A stretch of DNA of 53,654 bases, the filler included, from Jimgerdemannia flammicorona (lineage: Eukaryota), in the NCBI GenBank assembly GCA_003990765.1. It is 3 parts of 3 records of this genome, joined end to end, with 100 filler letters (N's around TTAATTAATTAA, not from the genome) between each part and the next. Parts side by side here need not be neighbours in the genome. Positions count along the whole stretch, not along the records: positions 17,925 to 35,745 come from RBNJ01002396.1; 2 more parts are not named here. One strand, written 5' to 3'. Made by a program: the position numbers and the translations under genes. This document shows positions 23,594-35,845 of the stretch, one piece after another. The notes under the pieces were generated by a model. It was not told the origin of the DNA. It worked only from the letters and a program-made list of their open reading frames with translations, and did no database searches. How positions within the stretch are numbered: position 1 is the stretch's first letter; each line of letters starts with the position of its first letter.

Positions 23594-24999
23594 TAGGGAT
23601 TGATACTGGTGAGAATGTGATGGGGAAGCAAATGGAAGCAAACCCGGCGGAGTTTATCAATGTTTTCGCTGATCCGCAAATGCCACCTAGTTAATCGAGC
23701 TATTTTCGAAGACAAATAATAATTCGGCGATCCCCAGTGCTTTGTAAATGACAATATCTGTGTGTGCATTCTCAGGGTACATTCTCAGAGTGTACAATTT
23801 ATCAGGGGTACGGATATTGCTCGGAAATAAGTTTGGTTCAACTCAGAATGTTTGTCATCCATCCCTGTGATTACGTAGGATAATTTGTGCAGTGGAAATC
23901 CGTGGGTATATACGTGAATGCAATTTGAATCTGAGAGCGCAATTCGAATCTCAAAATGCATTTTGGATGCCCCCAATATTTAGGTTATTTCATGGAGAAT
24001 AGCCACGCACAAAATTCCGGAGGGAACGGACAAAACGAATGTCAAGCTCGGCTTAATTATAACTATTGTGATATCGTGTGGAAGCCATCAAGACACATCC
24101 GCACCACACAACATACCAATTCTCTGAATACACATCCGCACCTTTGGCGCCGTGCTCACCACACTCACTGAGTAGTTCGAGGTGTGATGTATGACAGGAA
24201 TATGTGCAATAAAGGTGGAAGAGCAGGGAGCCCCTGATCTCGTCATCGAGACTGCACTTGTCCTTGTTGACTACGTTGAAGCAGTTTAGCTTTGTCCTGG
24301 CAGCACGCCTCCTTGTTAGCGCAGTGTGCGATATCGCAATCCTTCTGTGGCAGCACTGGTTCGCGTTGTTGCACGCGTGTCGTAGTTTTCCACGCAACTC
24401 GCCGGTTAGCCGTACGCACTGTTGAAGCCGAGAGCGGCGAGATCGCGTTCTTGGGGCTCGGTGATGGGGCTTGTGATGTGAATTGTGTGAGAGAGTTGTG
24501 ATTCGCTTTACTTGCTGTGAAACTTGAGAGGTGGTGCGGATACGATAACCGCGTTCTCTCCAAAATATATTCCTACATGCGAGAGTAGTGGCTTTATACA
24601 TATATCACACCTAAATCAGCTCTGGTGCATACAAACCATCATAGCTTCAGTTCCTCAAAGGAATCACAGATGCAACTTGATTCCATTGCTTGCATTTTTA
24701 TAGAACTTGAAGCGATCGACATTGCGCTGATGCGCCAATGTTGGGCCATCTTTCTCTACCCACTGTTATTCGGAATTAAGATTCAGTCAACAGATATTGG
24801 ATTTGTACCTCTAAACTGAGTTGAACGAACAGGTTGGTTAGAGAGACAAAATCGGTGTCTAAAATATATATAGAGTACTCGTTAAACCCGATTCACACAT
24901 CAATCGTTTAATGAATTTCAACAGTTCCACTTCAGCGGTATAATTGTGGGACGCACCGAACTATCCTTAGTGACCTTTTGCTGAATTTTGATTTAGAAG

Positions 25000-25170
25000 T
25001 AGCCGCAGCAACGTCAACCATCCTATACCGGTTGATAGCAAAATTTCCAGTTACGATCACCCCCACAAAACGATTCATGGGCCGAGAGCATATCCTCAAA
25101 CAGATGCAAACAGTACTCTTTAATAATCGGTCGGAAAGCGTACATGTGCTGGCTCAAAGTGGTAGCATGG
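25000..25170 (+). pseudogene. Possible fragment of an NB-ARC/NACHT (NLR-like) gene
   Basis: FPVTITPTKRFMGREHILKQMQTVLF...VHVLAQSG resembles the FxGRE pre-P-loop segment; truncated before any GKT. Confidence 0.4.
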
Positions 25171-25404
25171 AAAATCGAGCTTATACTTACAAATAGGCCT
25201 TTTTCCAAAAGGCCGTCAATCATGTGTCCAAGCACAGGGAATATTTAGTGAGCCGATTCCAAAGGTGCGAGGGCACTTTATGGGGAACAATGGGAGAGGT
25301 AAGGATAAATGAATATTCCTTTATGCATGTGCAAAATATACAATGGAAGATCAGTAATAATTAAATAAATAAATAATAGTGAAAATGTCCGACAGACTCC
25401 CACT

Positions 25405-25893
25405 CTAAGTCCAGCTTTTGGGGTTATCGCGTCTCCGCCACGGTTTGCGGATAAAGAGGAAAATGGCGACACCGATGAACAACACTGCAATGATAATACC
25501 GATGATACCGCCAATGCCCCCAACAACGGCCGGTGGGTTGGTTGAAGTCAGTGGGTCAAAAGTAGTTGCCCATCGGAACGGAGTTGTCCTAGTGTCTAAA
25601 ACAACAACATCGTTCAGGAGCGAGCCTGAGCTATTTTCTGATATGTATCTTCCTATTAGCGGCAAATCGAGCAGACAGATTAAATTAAGGCATGTCCAAT
25701 ATAATAAATCGACGAATAAATGAGGCAAATATCGTGCGTATATACCAAAGGATAGAATCATCTGCCCATTGGCCATGACCGCCGAAGCCCCAACTCTTCC
25801 TGCTGAGACAGTGCCGTCAATGGCCGGCTGCGTCCACGACCAAGTCTGAGTGTTGAGTACAAAAACGTCAGAGGCAACTTTTTGCCCGCTACC
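25405..25893 (-). pseudogene. 3' part of a tandem paralog of the kelch-TM gene, fused to Gypsy B
   Basis: Near-identical last exons (DVFVLNTQTWSWTQP; LDTRTTPFRWATTFDP...RKPWRR). The 3' flank from 25184 also duplicates the region from 21268. Confidence 0.85.
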
Positions 25894-27140
25894 GATGTGG
25901 TTGACTTTATATTCTGATTACTGATCAATAATTACTAGATCTGGAGGTGGTACAGTTCTCCCTTCAAAGATGTTTGGGGTATATGGCTAAAGTTGAGATA
26001 TATAAAACACTGGGTGAATTCTTCCTAGTATTGCTGGAAGTTCCAACTTGTATACAATAGGTCTATATTTTTGAGGAGCTTGAATACTCCAATATAGTGG
26101 GGTCCAAGCTTCTTTTTGGGGCCTATGTTACTTAGAGTCAGATAAGTAATACTTGTTCTCCTATTTCATAGGTGACTTCTCTTTAATTTTTGTCAGTGTA
26201 TGCTGTTTGCATTCTTTATACTTCCATGAGAGCATCTTGTGCTTACTAGATATTGTCTTATATAGTATCAGTGATTCCTTATACTACTGATACTATAGTT
26301 TGAGTGATAACTATAGGAGTTTATAGATGTTGTCTATGATTTAAGTAAAATGGCATCATCTTGATACTTATACTTAAGTTGTTGTAATATGTAAATTCAG
26401 CTAGGGTCAGCTTTTTATCTCAATCATTTTACTTATAGATATAATAGATACTAAGCATCTGCTTCAGAGTTCAATTGGTTCTTTCTGTCTGGCCATCTGT
26501 TTGCAGATAATATGTGTAGATATTTTCAGCTATACTTATAGACTCTTGAAGAGTGCTTACTAAAAGTTACTTGTAAACTTTATATCTTAGTCTGAGATAA
26601 TTGCTGATAATAGTTTATGAAGGTGAAATATATTATTAATGAATAGCTGTACTATTTCTGATACTGTTATAGTGATAGTTATTATAATGAAGTGAGCCTA
26701 CTTTGCTGAGGCAATCAATAAAAACAATGATCACATCTCTTCCCTTCTTGGTTTTTGGTAACTAGATAATAAAGTTTATTCTGATATAGTTTTAATTTTG
26801 AGTAAGAATTGGTAGCAGTTATAGATTACTGATTGATGTCTGATTTTTAAGCTTGTATCTTTAATAAGTATTATAGAATATATATAATATAATTCTTGAT
26901 ATTAGATGTCATTTTGGACTAGTAGAAGTCTCAGACAAAATATTAGTATATCTTGTCAAAATCTATATATATATCTAGCTATAGATATGTTATATAGTTC
27001 TTATAAGATTCATAAGTGAATAAAGATTTTAGAGACCTAAATTCTTATATTATTAAGGTACATATATCTATTTTTAACAGATATATCATTGTAGATCTTT
27101 TTTATAATATTGCTGTCTTTTTTAAAAATTTGTTTAGTAA

Positions 27141-30100
27141 TTTTTTTTTTTTTTTTTTTTTTTGTCTTTTGGACTTTTTCTTTTTTTTATTTTTTTTTTT
27201 TTTTTTTTTATAGTCATTTGGACTTCTACTTTATTATCAATTAGTCTATATTATACTAATATAGATGTACCTCTTACCCAATCCCACAAGGAGCCCTTTT
27301 CCCCTCTTTCCATTTTTTTTTGAAAGATTACCATCCCCTCTACCACCTCAATTCTCTCTCACTCTACCTACAAATCTTTTCTACAAGCTCTTAATAGAGC
27401 TCTCCTCTAGGTTCCCACCTTTGCTACCAACTATTCAAAAGATCCAGCATTAATAATTCTCATCTTACAACTCACAATTTAAGTGCCAACTACTGACTAT
27501 CCTCAAATATATATAGCTAATATCTGATAAGCCCAATCCAAATAGCCAGAGCCCACCTAATAGTTAACTACTTATTACCAATCTCTCCTACTAGCCTCCT
27601 CTGAAGATCACCCCACCTTCTATCCACTATTAGCTCAGGTGGATATATCTCCAGCTGACTCTCAATTATTCTCCAAAAGTCTCTCATTATCTCACACTCC
27701 TCTAGCCAATGTTCAGAAGTCTGTACCTCTCCACTCTCTTGCCTGACATTAAGGCACTCTTTATACTTCAAGGTACTCCCTTCTACCAAATGTTCTGACC
27801 TATAGTTCGATATCACATTATACTACAAGAGCCTCCACTATACCACCTGCTTGCTCTATAACCAAATGCTATTCTAGTCCCACTCTTCACCAATCTCCAC
27901 TCTCTGCCAAGTCTCTGGCTACAAATCTCTCCTATGCTTCTGAAGATACTCTATACTATTCACCAAACTGAAGTCATCCACTGGTGTACCTCCCAATAGA
28001 AGACAGTCTCACCTTCACATCTGGGGTCTCCAGTCTACCTCTCTCTCATTACCCCATCATTGAAGATCTATTTATCAAGCTCTATCAACTACTTCTCACC
28101 AAAATCCTCTAAAGTATATCTTTTAACTCTCCTTCAGTACTACCAGAGAAAGCAAGTCACCAGATGTGCCATAGAGAGAGAATTATATCTTCTACATCCT
28201 CTGCATAAGGGGTACTCACTCTTGATCTCTCAACTCACTAGCTTGCTTCAGCCATCATACTCTCAAGTAGTATAAGTACTTAGCAAAGTCTATCAGACTC
28301 AGCCCTCTCCAGTCTACTGGTAATATTAATACCTTTCAGCCAATCTGACTCTATCACCCTACCTATATCTAAGTTTGGCTATCTTCAACAATCTCTTGAC
28401 CACCCATACTAGAAAATCTAAGCAATACTCTAGATACCATAACTTAGGCAGCTAATATATATTCAACACTATCACTCTTCTAGTTAGAGAGATATATTAG
28501 CTACCCTACCCCAAGAGAGTATTTTCCCACTCAATCAGCTGCTGCTTCCATTATTCATAAGATAATAGAGAGCTATATACTGAGAAATAGATCTCCAGAT
28601 AATAGACTATCTCTCCTGCTGAGATAACTATTCCAATCACATCTCCACCTACTATCTCTCTACCTAATATCAGAGTCTCATACTTATGCCAGTTAAGCTT
28701 AGTATCTGAGTACTCCTCATACTATTCCACTTCTCTCTTCAGTACTGCCACATATTCCACAGAGTCCAGTCCAATTACCATATCATTAGTAAAGGCCCAC
28801 ACCTTCCAATTTACTCTCAGAATGTTCAACCCCCTCATCTTATATGTATATATCTAATTCTATTCAACAGAGACTCCAGAGAGAGAGTATAAATAATTAG
28901 TAATAGTAGATCTCTCTACAGCACTCCTCTGTCTAGAGGGAATGAACCCCCCCTCCTCTTTATATCCATTTATCAAAATAGCTGCCTAACTTCCCTCCAA
29001 CAGACTAATCAAAGATCATCTAAACTATGAAAAAACCCCTATATACTTCAGTATCCCTCTAGCCATATTTATCAGACTCTGTTATAGGCCTTCTCCTAGT
29101 TTAGAAATACTAGCTAACCATCTACCCCTATAGCATATACTTCTTCAATGATACTATGTACCCACATTGTCCCATCTAGTACTCTGAATGAGCTAATCTA
29201 GATTGATTTGAATTGAACATTTTTTGATTTCCAAAATTAGACAATTAAATATTTACATCAATAACTTGATGTATAATTATTTGATTTTAATGCTTATAAT
29301 GTCATTTGAAATCTCTTAATAAGGCCTTTCTAATGATACTAAGAACATTAAAATCAGATTATGCATTACTAAGCTATTAAGAAAAATATTCTTGAAGAAA
29401 TTTCCAAAATTGGCAAGTCAAATAATTTGCAAAATCAGTAAGTCAGATATTTTCCTTGATAACTCAGTAATACATAATCCAATTTCAATGTTCTTAATAT
29501 CATTAGAAAGATCTTATTAAGGGCTTTAAAATGATACTATGATTATCAAAATTGAATAATTATACATCAAGTTATTGATGTAAACATTTAATTGTCTAAT
29601 TTTGGAAATCAAAACAATATTCAATTCAAATCAATCTAGATTAGCTTGTTTTCTATCTGAGTTGATCCAGATGGGATTTAATCCAAATCAATCCAAATCC
29701 AATCTTAATTGAATTGACTTATTCAGAGTACTAGTCTCATCTCTTATTAAATAACTTCTAATAAATTCCCTCTACTCTGCTCCCAGTATCTACTGAGCCA
29801 CTTTTTGTAACCTAGCCATCAATATCTTTATAACTAGCTTACAATCTATATTCAGAACCATGATCAGCCTCCAGTTCTTCTACTTCTCTCTTCTTCTCTT
29901 ATTCTTATATAATAGAGCTATAAGACCCAGATGCTGCCCCCCAATCTAAGCCCCTGAGTTAATAACTTCATCATACATCTATATTATCTCCTTCAAAGTC
30001 AACTCCATGCCTACTATTTTCTTCCAGAAATCCCAAGATAAATCATCCTCTCCAGAAGCTATCCCAAGACTTATCATTGTCAATATTCTACAGATCTTCT

Positions 30101-30783
30101 CTCCTTGAACAGATACTCTAAATTTTCCTTGGGTCTGGATACTAATCCTTTAGATACCATTTAATATCCAGTATATTCCCCCCAACTTTCTCCTCACTCC
30201 ACAATTACTCCCACCATGAACTCAACTGGCCTAAGATCTTTAGAGTTTCTACCACCATCTCTCCTACCTCATCTAGTACTCCTTCCCACTGCTGCCTCAC
30301 CCTTCTCATCTGAAGCAGCCTTGACAGGAACTTTGTAGGCCTCTCTCTCTCTTCCAAATTCTGTTACTGTAGCTGGACTGCCATATTCTTTATCTGTAAG
30401 TCTTCCTCCTGCCTCAGCAGCCCCTTCAGTTCTTCTACCTCCAGCCAGATCTACTGAACCCTCCAATCTTCCTTCTCTCTGTTGTTCAGCAAATCAGCCC
30501 ACATTACTAATAACTTCTCCAACCTCTGGGAAGTCTATCTTAAATGACTCCTCCTCTAAGTATCTCTCTCTCTCTCTGTCTTTCCCCAGAACCATTAAGT
30601 ATCTGATTTCAAATACCACTAATAATCTCCAATCTCCAGTCCCTTTGCCCTCTAGCTAATAATCCTGGAGCTAATGTCTACCACTTATGTATTCCATAAG
30701 GAGAGCTCTCCCAGCAATAAAGTATTCAGACACCAATGTCCAGGCTCCTCTCTACTTCATCCAAACCTTCTATAATCTATAAT
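27141..30783 (-). mobile_element. 5'-truncated decayed L1/Tx1-like LINE inside Gypsy B
   Basis: Poly(T) tail at 27141-27210 with AATAAA on the minus strand; ORF2 relics ECLNV...EHWLEEC, RT motifs and GPGHWCLN. Confidence 0.85.
29177..29733. mobile_element. hAT-type foldback MITE (557 bp)
   Basis: TIR tagtactctgaat...attcagagtacta; 8-bp TSD gtcccatc/gtctcatc (29169-29176, 29734-29741); internal ~200-bp inverted arms at 29191-29390 and 29447-29646. Confidence 0.88.
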
Positions 30784-31337
30784 TTCTTTCATATTTATTG
30801 AGTTTCTGAGATAGGTAGACAATAGAGTACTCATATTATGTTAGGATAGCTCTAATGATGATATTTGAAATATCAATAGTGACTATAAAGGATCCTATTA
30901 TATCAGAACTAATTAAGATTAATATATTAGTCAGCATCCTCTTGAGAGTGTTCATGGCTATAGTGTATGTTTCTGTCTATTCTTTTTCAATATTGGCTCC
31001 TTTCTTGACAAGACTTATCAGTAGGGTGACAATTGTAGAGAATTCTTAAATAAATCTTCTATAATATTCTACTAGTTTATTGAATTCTCATAGGGACTTA
31101 AGAGTCTTCAGAATGTGTCAATTGTGGATTATTTGGGATTTCTTAAGATCAATAACAATAATGTTTTCTGAGATAATGTATCTCAGATATTTGATTTTCT
31201 TTTTGAAGAAGTAGTATTTCTTTCTTTTTACTAAGAGCTTATATTTGCAAAGTATATTGAAGACTATTTATAGATATTATTGATAAATAATACTACTTGT
31301 ACTATATATCAGAATATTATCTAGGTAGATTAGAATA

Positions 31338-31617
31338 TGAGAGTGACTGATAATGGACCTGTTGAAGGGGTGGTGGAGAGAGTGGGATGCTGGGGGGGAG
31401 TACTAGAGATAACTGGTAGAGATGATCTATAAGAAGAGTGGGGGGAGGATAGGAGTAGCAGGGGGGTTAGCAGCATTTCAGAAGAATGGTAAGGGAAGGA
31501 GAGAGCTTCCAAGTGAGATTGGGTGAGAAATTCATTTGTATATTTATATTAAGTATATTATAGATAGTTTAGTAATAAAGTAGAAGTTCTTATAACTATA
31601 AAAAAAAAAAAAAAAAA
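31338..31617 (+). mobile_element. Short 5'-truncated LINE 3' end inserted at the RT YLDD motif of Gypsy B
   Basis: AATAAA plus poly(A); 16-bp TSD taggtagattagaata/tagataaattagaata at 31322-31337 and 31618-31633. Confidence 0.85.
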
Positions 31618-33054
31618 TAGATAAATTAGAATAAAAACTCTGAGATATATATTTTTGAAAAATATCATTTATCAGTATTTAGAAGATTACTGGTATATTA
31701 GTAAGACTAAATGGTAGTATACAGAATTTATAGTATTTAAATCTTATTCAAAAGGCTGTCTTGAAGATATCTTCTTCTTTAATATAGATTTAATAATATC
31801 TAGATATGTATGAGATTGATAAATGAGAGGTCTTGACCTTATACACTTAGTCAAGTAGTTTATTAATTCTTAGAAGTATATATTAGTTCTTAATTGAGAT
31901 CTTATTGAGTGCTTAGTAATCAATATATATGTGAAGACTTCCATCCTTCCTGCAGACAAAGAGGATCAGTATACTATATGGTAATTTTGATAGACAGATG
32001 AGACCTTTGCTTGTTAATTCTGTTAGTTATTCCTTGAGAATTCCCAGCTTAAGTTGGACTAGTTGATAGATTCTATAGTAAGAAGAGTCTGAACTAGAGA
32101 TGGTCTTGATACTATATTCTACTACTTGGACTGTTAGTAGTTTCTGAGGTTCTTAGAAAATGTCTTCATATTCCTTGAGTAGTTCTTGGAGGTTGTTTTT
32201 CTCATCATCCTTATTCTTCAGAAGTTTGGAGAGTTCTTTATTATTTTTTTCTGAGATTTTCTTAACTATATATATATATAGATATACTGATCTGATTTCT
32301 GAATCAGCTTCTTCATCTGGGTGGCAGAGATAATATTATATATATCTGAGCTTTGGTTTCTCCTTGATATACTTAGATTGTAACTTAATATCTCCTAGAG
32401 AGATTGTATTAGTTCATCAATTAATGTGGAGATTCTCCTGAGTGAGCTAGGATTTTCCAAGAATGAGATTATGTCTAGAGAGATATATAATATAAAAGGT
32501 TTGCCTTGTGGTATAGTTTCTGAGTTATAGAAGTATATTCTTACATATCTCAAAGAGTTTCTGTATCATTCTATTTCTAAATATAATGATATTTTTAGAT
32601 TCCTACATTTTAAGGTAGAATTTGTTAGCAGTTTTTTTTTTATTAAGATAGTATTTGCTTGCTCTACTATTGATAAGAACTTCAATAGAATTTTCTTTGA
32701 TTTTTCTTAAAGGCAGATATATTCTGTATTAGTTTCTTATTAGGTGATAATTACTTCTGAGATAGTTTCTTCTTTCTAATCTTATAATTCTCTGTTTTCA
32801 TTATTGATGTTCTTGATTTCTTCATCTCATTATTCTGAGATAGTTGGCTTATACTTTTTGGATTTGAGGACATATATAATGCATTCTCTTATATATTTGA
32901 AATAGTATATCTTGATTCTGTGAGGACATCATTCTGTAGAAATATATCTATCAGTAATACACTGATACTATTTCTGATCTCAGTCTTGAGGTTCTTCAAT
33001 ACAGATAATCTTTTGTATCTTGGTCTTTTCCTTGGCTTTGTCAGGGTACTTTTC

Positions 33055-33465
33055 TGTTGATCCAAAAGCTTTTTCTCCTCTATCAGAGAGTGATAGTTCA
33101 TTTATTTCTTCTACTTCAAGATCATTATATATTACTTCAATAATAGCTTTAGTAATTCATTTTTTACATATGATTTTGGCAGTCTTCTATTCAGTAATAT
33201 ATAGTAGGACCTTAATCTCACCTTTGAATCCTTGATCTATAACTCCTCCAGCTATATAGAGTCTCTCTTTTTTGACCAGACTACTCCTTTCTATAAGGCA
33301 GATATAGGTTCCTTTGGGGACTTCCATTCTAATATCTATACTAATGATTGCTTACTTGTCTATATTAATGGTTACTTCTATACTAAAGTAGAGATTATAG
33401 CTAGTATTGAATTCATGTACTTTATCTGAGATCTTTGCAGCAATGTGGAATCTCTTAATCTTGAT
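33055..33465 (-). pseudogene. dUTPase domain of Gypsy family B
   Basis: Motifs NTSYNL (from DAGYDL), ERSSL, AGGVIDQGFKGEIKV, DRGEKAFGST. Confidence 0.85.
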
Positions 33466-35745
33466 TTTCTTAGAGATTTCTTTGAGATCATCTCCTATAT
33501 ATCATAGTGATAGTATGGGAGGAAGATAGTTCTTTATTTATATTTATCTTCTTATTGAGGTATTTATATAATATATGTTCTCTCTTTTTGCAGTGGAAAC
33601 ATATTTCTTTCTTTATGAATTCTTCTATTTCCATGTTGAATAGTTTCTTGAATCTATCTAGTAATCTTAAGAACTTATTTTGGAATTTATACTTCTTCTT
33701 AAATTGATATTATTTGTCTCCTTTATTGTTGTTTCTATTGTCTTTTAGCTTTTGAGCTATAAGGATAGTATGTGCTCTAGTGACAGCTTATCCTAGGTAC
33801 CATTGCTCATGTAGATAATTATAGGGTCATTCTTGTTCTTAGATTTTTTCTGATAACTATTCAGAAATAGTATCAAAGAAGTAGATAGCTTATATTCTAT
33901 TTATAGTCTATTCTTATTAGCTATATTCTACTTCTATAGTATTCAGGAGAGTTTCTAATCTTATAGTAAATACTTCAAGATCTTCTTTTCTATTATTATA
34001 GAATTATAGATTCTTGAGCTTAGTTCTGACTTTGGCAATATAGGCAGAGCTACAGAACTACTAAATAATTAGCTCCTTTAGGCCTATAGTAGTTAGATAG
34101 GCTTTATAGTCTGAGTGATTATTATCTCCTTCACTTATAATGACTTTGGTATAGATTTCTTAGGTGAGAGGATATACTGATAGATTGTGCTACTATTGGG
34201 CAACAGTATCTGTAAAGTGTGTGGCAATCTTTTCTACTTATGAGCCTGCAGTTATATAGAGATCTTCAATCTTATAGTACTCATTATTATTGAGAGTACT
34301 GTCTGAATTTTAATTGTCATTTCATCTATTGGCACAGTAATTGGTGTCAACTTATTCTATAAATATTATTACTTAGTCTGCTTTGCCTTCAAATGGAGTA
34401 AGGCAGAGGCTTTTTGTAGGCTTGTTTATTTCAATACTGAGACAAAGGACTTGAGTGAGTATAGCTACTTGGTCAGCTAATATCATTCTGCTATCTCTAT
34501 TGTCTATTTGGTATGATAGTTGAGGTTTTTCTTCTATTATTATAGTGTGTCAATTATAATTTGAAGTTGATTCTTCTATAATATTACTGAGATAGATGCA
34601 TCTATAAACTGATAGTTTCAATAGAATAACTATTGGATCTGCTGTAATTTTTGGTAGGCTTGATGTTTTTGATAGTAGTTCTATAACAATACTGAGGCCA
34701 CCAATATTAGATTTGGATATTTCTTCAATTATTCTCCTAGATCTAGATGATGTAGTGGAGGCCTCACTAGGTCCAATAGCTTGTAGTTCTTATTACTAGA
34801 TTATTCTTACTTATGTACAGAGAATTTGATAATAGAAGTAAAAAATTTTTCAATAGATATAGTATCCCTTATAGTTTAGGAAGATCTTGACTTTATAGTA
34901 GCAATTGTTTGGAAAGAGGTTCAGAAAATATTTACTTGCAGTCTTAATAGCTTCTTATATATATTTCTTATGAAAGTGGCTGCTGACTAACTTGTTGAAT
35001 TCCTTCTTAAATTCAGAAGTATAGGAGACTTCTTTATTGAGTATAAGAAAAGTATTGAATACATCTTGGAAGATTTCATTATTGAGTTTGTCAAACTTCT
35101 CTTAGCTGGTGTGAGTTTCAGTCTACTTAGTAATAATTCTATTAAATTCTTTAGCTTGAGTCTGAGGAGTATTTAGAGTGAAGATAATTTTTGACTATCA
35201 CTAGTAATATTAATGATATTGACTGGTTTTGATTATCTATAGTAGATTCTTGAAAGAAAATTGTTCATGAGTAGAGCATAACTTCTACTACTATCAAATT
35301 GTAATAAAACTATATACTAATAGAATTAATATATTGGAGATAATCAATAGTGACTATTGGCTCTAAGTTCTGAGTTCTTGAAGAAGCACTGAGTTCTAAT
35401 TGCCTATTATGACAGTATCTAGATTTCACTTTCAGATTCTTATACTGATAGAAGAGTCATACTTATATTTTAAGTTAATTAGACTCAGAATTGTTAATGG
35501 GTTGGATCTGAGGGTTTTTTATGATAAGAATACTACTTTATTTTTGTGTTTAAAGAAAGTGGAGCTGAGGTTATAATATATTCAGTATATAGGATATTTA
35601 TATATATATAAGACTATAACTAAATATAATATACTAGATATATCTATATATAGTTATACTACTTTGGGTAACTTAAACTACTAGTCAGAAATTCCATAGG
35701 AATTTCCAGAGGCTTGTAGATGTACGTATATAATGATTCATTTTT

Positions 35746-35845
35746 NNNNNNNNNNNNNNNNNNNNNNNNNNNNNNNNNNNNNNNNNNNNTTAATTAATTA
35801 ANNNNNNNNNNNNNNNNNNNNNNNNNNNNNNNNNNNNNNNNNNNN
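35746..35845. other. Artificial assembly spacer (N44-TTAATTAATTAA-N44)
   Basis: Same structure as 17825-17924. Confidence 0.98.

Larger units (their letters stand above)
25895..35745 (-). mobile_element. Old Ty3/Gypsy chromovirus family B (partial 5' LTR, gag, NC, dUTPase, PR, RT, RNaseH, IN) with nested insertions
   Basis: CFHCKKREH (NC, ~33600); LINSRAS (from LIDSGAS, ~32670); IYLDNILIYS (RT); FIVTIDIS (RNaseH); integrase at 27130-25900 with YKLELP..IHPVFY; ends at the chromodomain start EYKVNHI. Confidence 0.8.
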
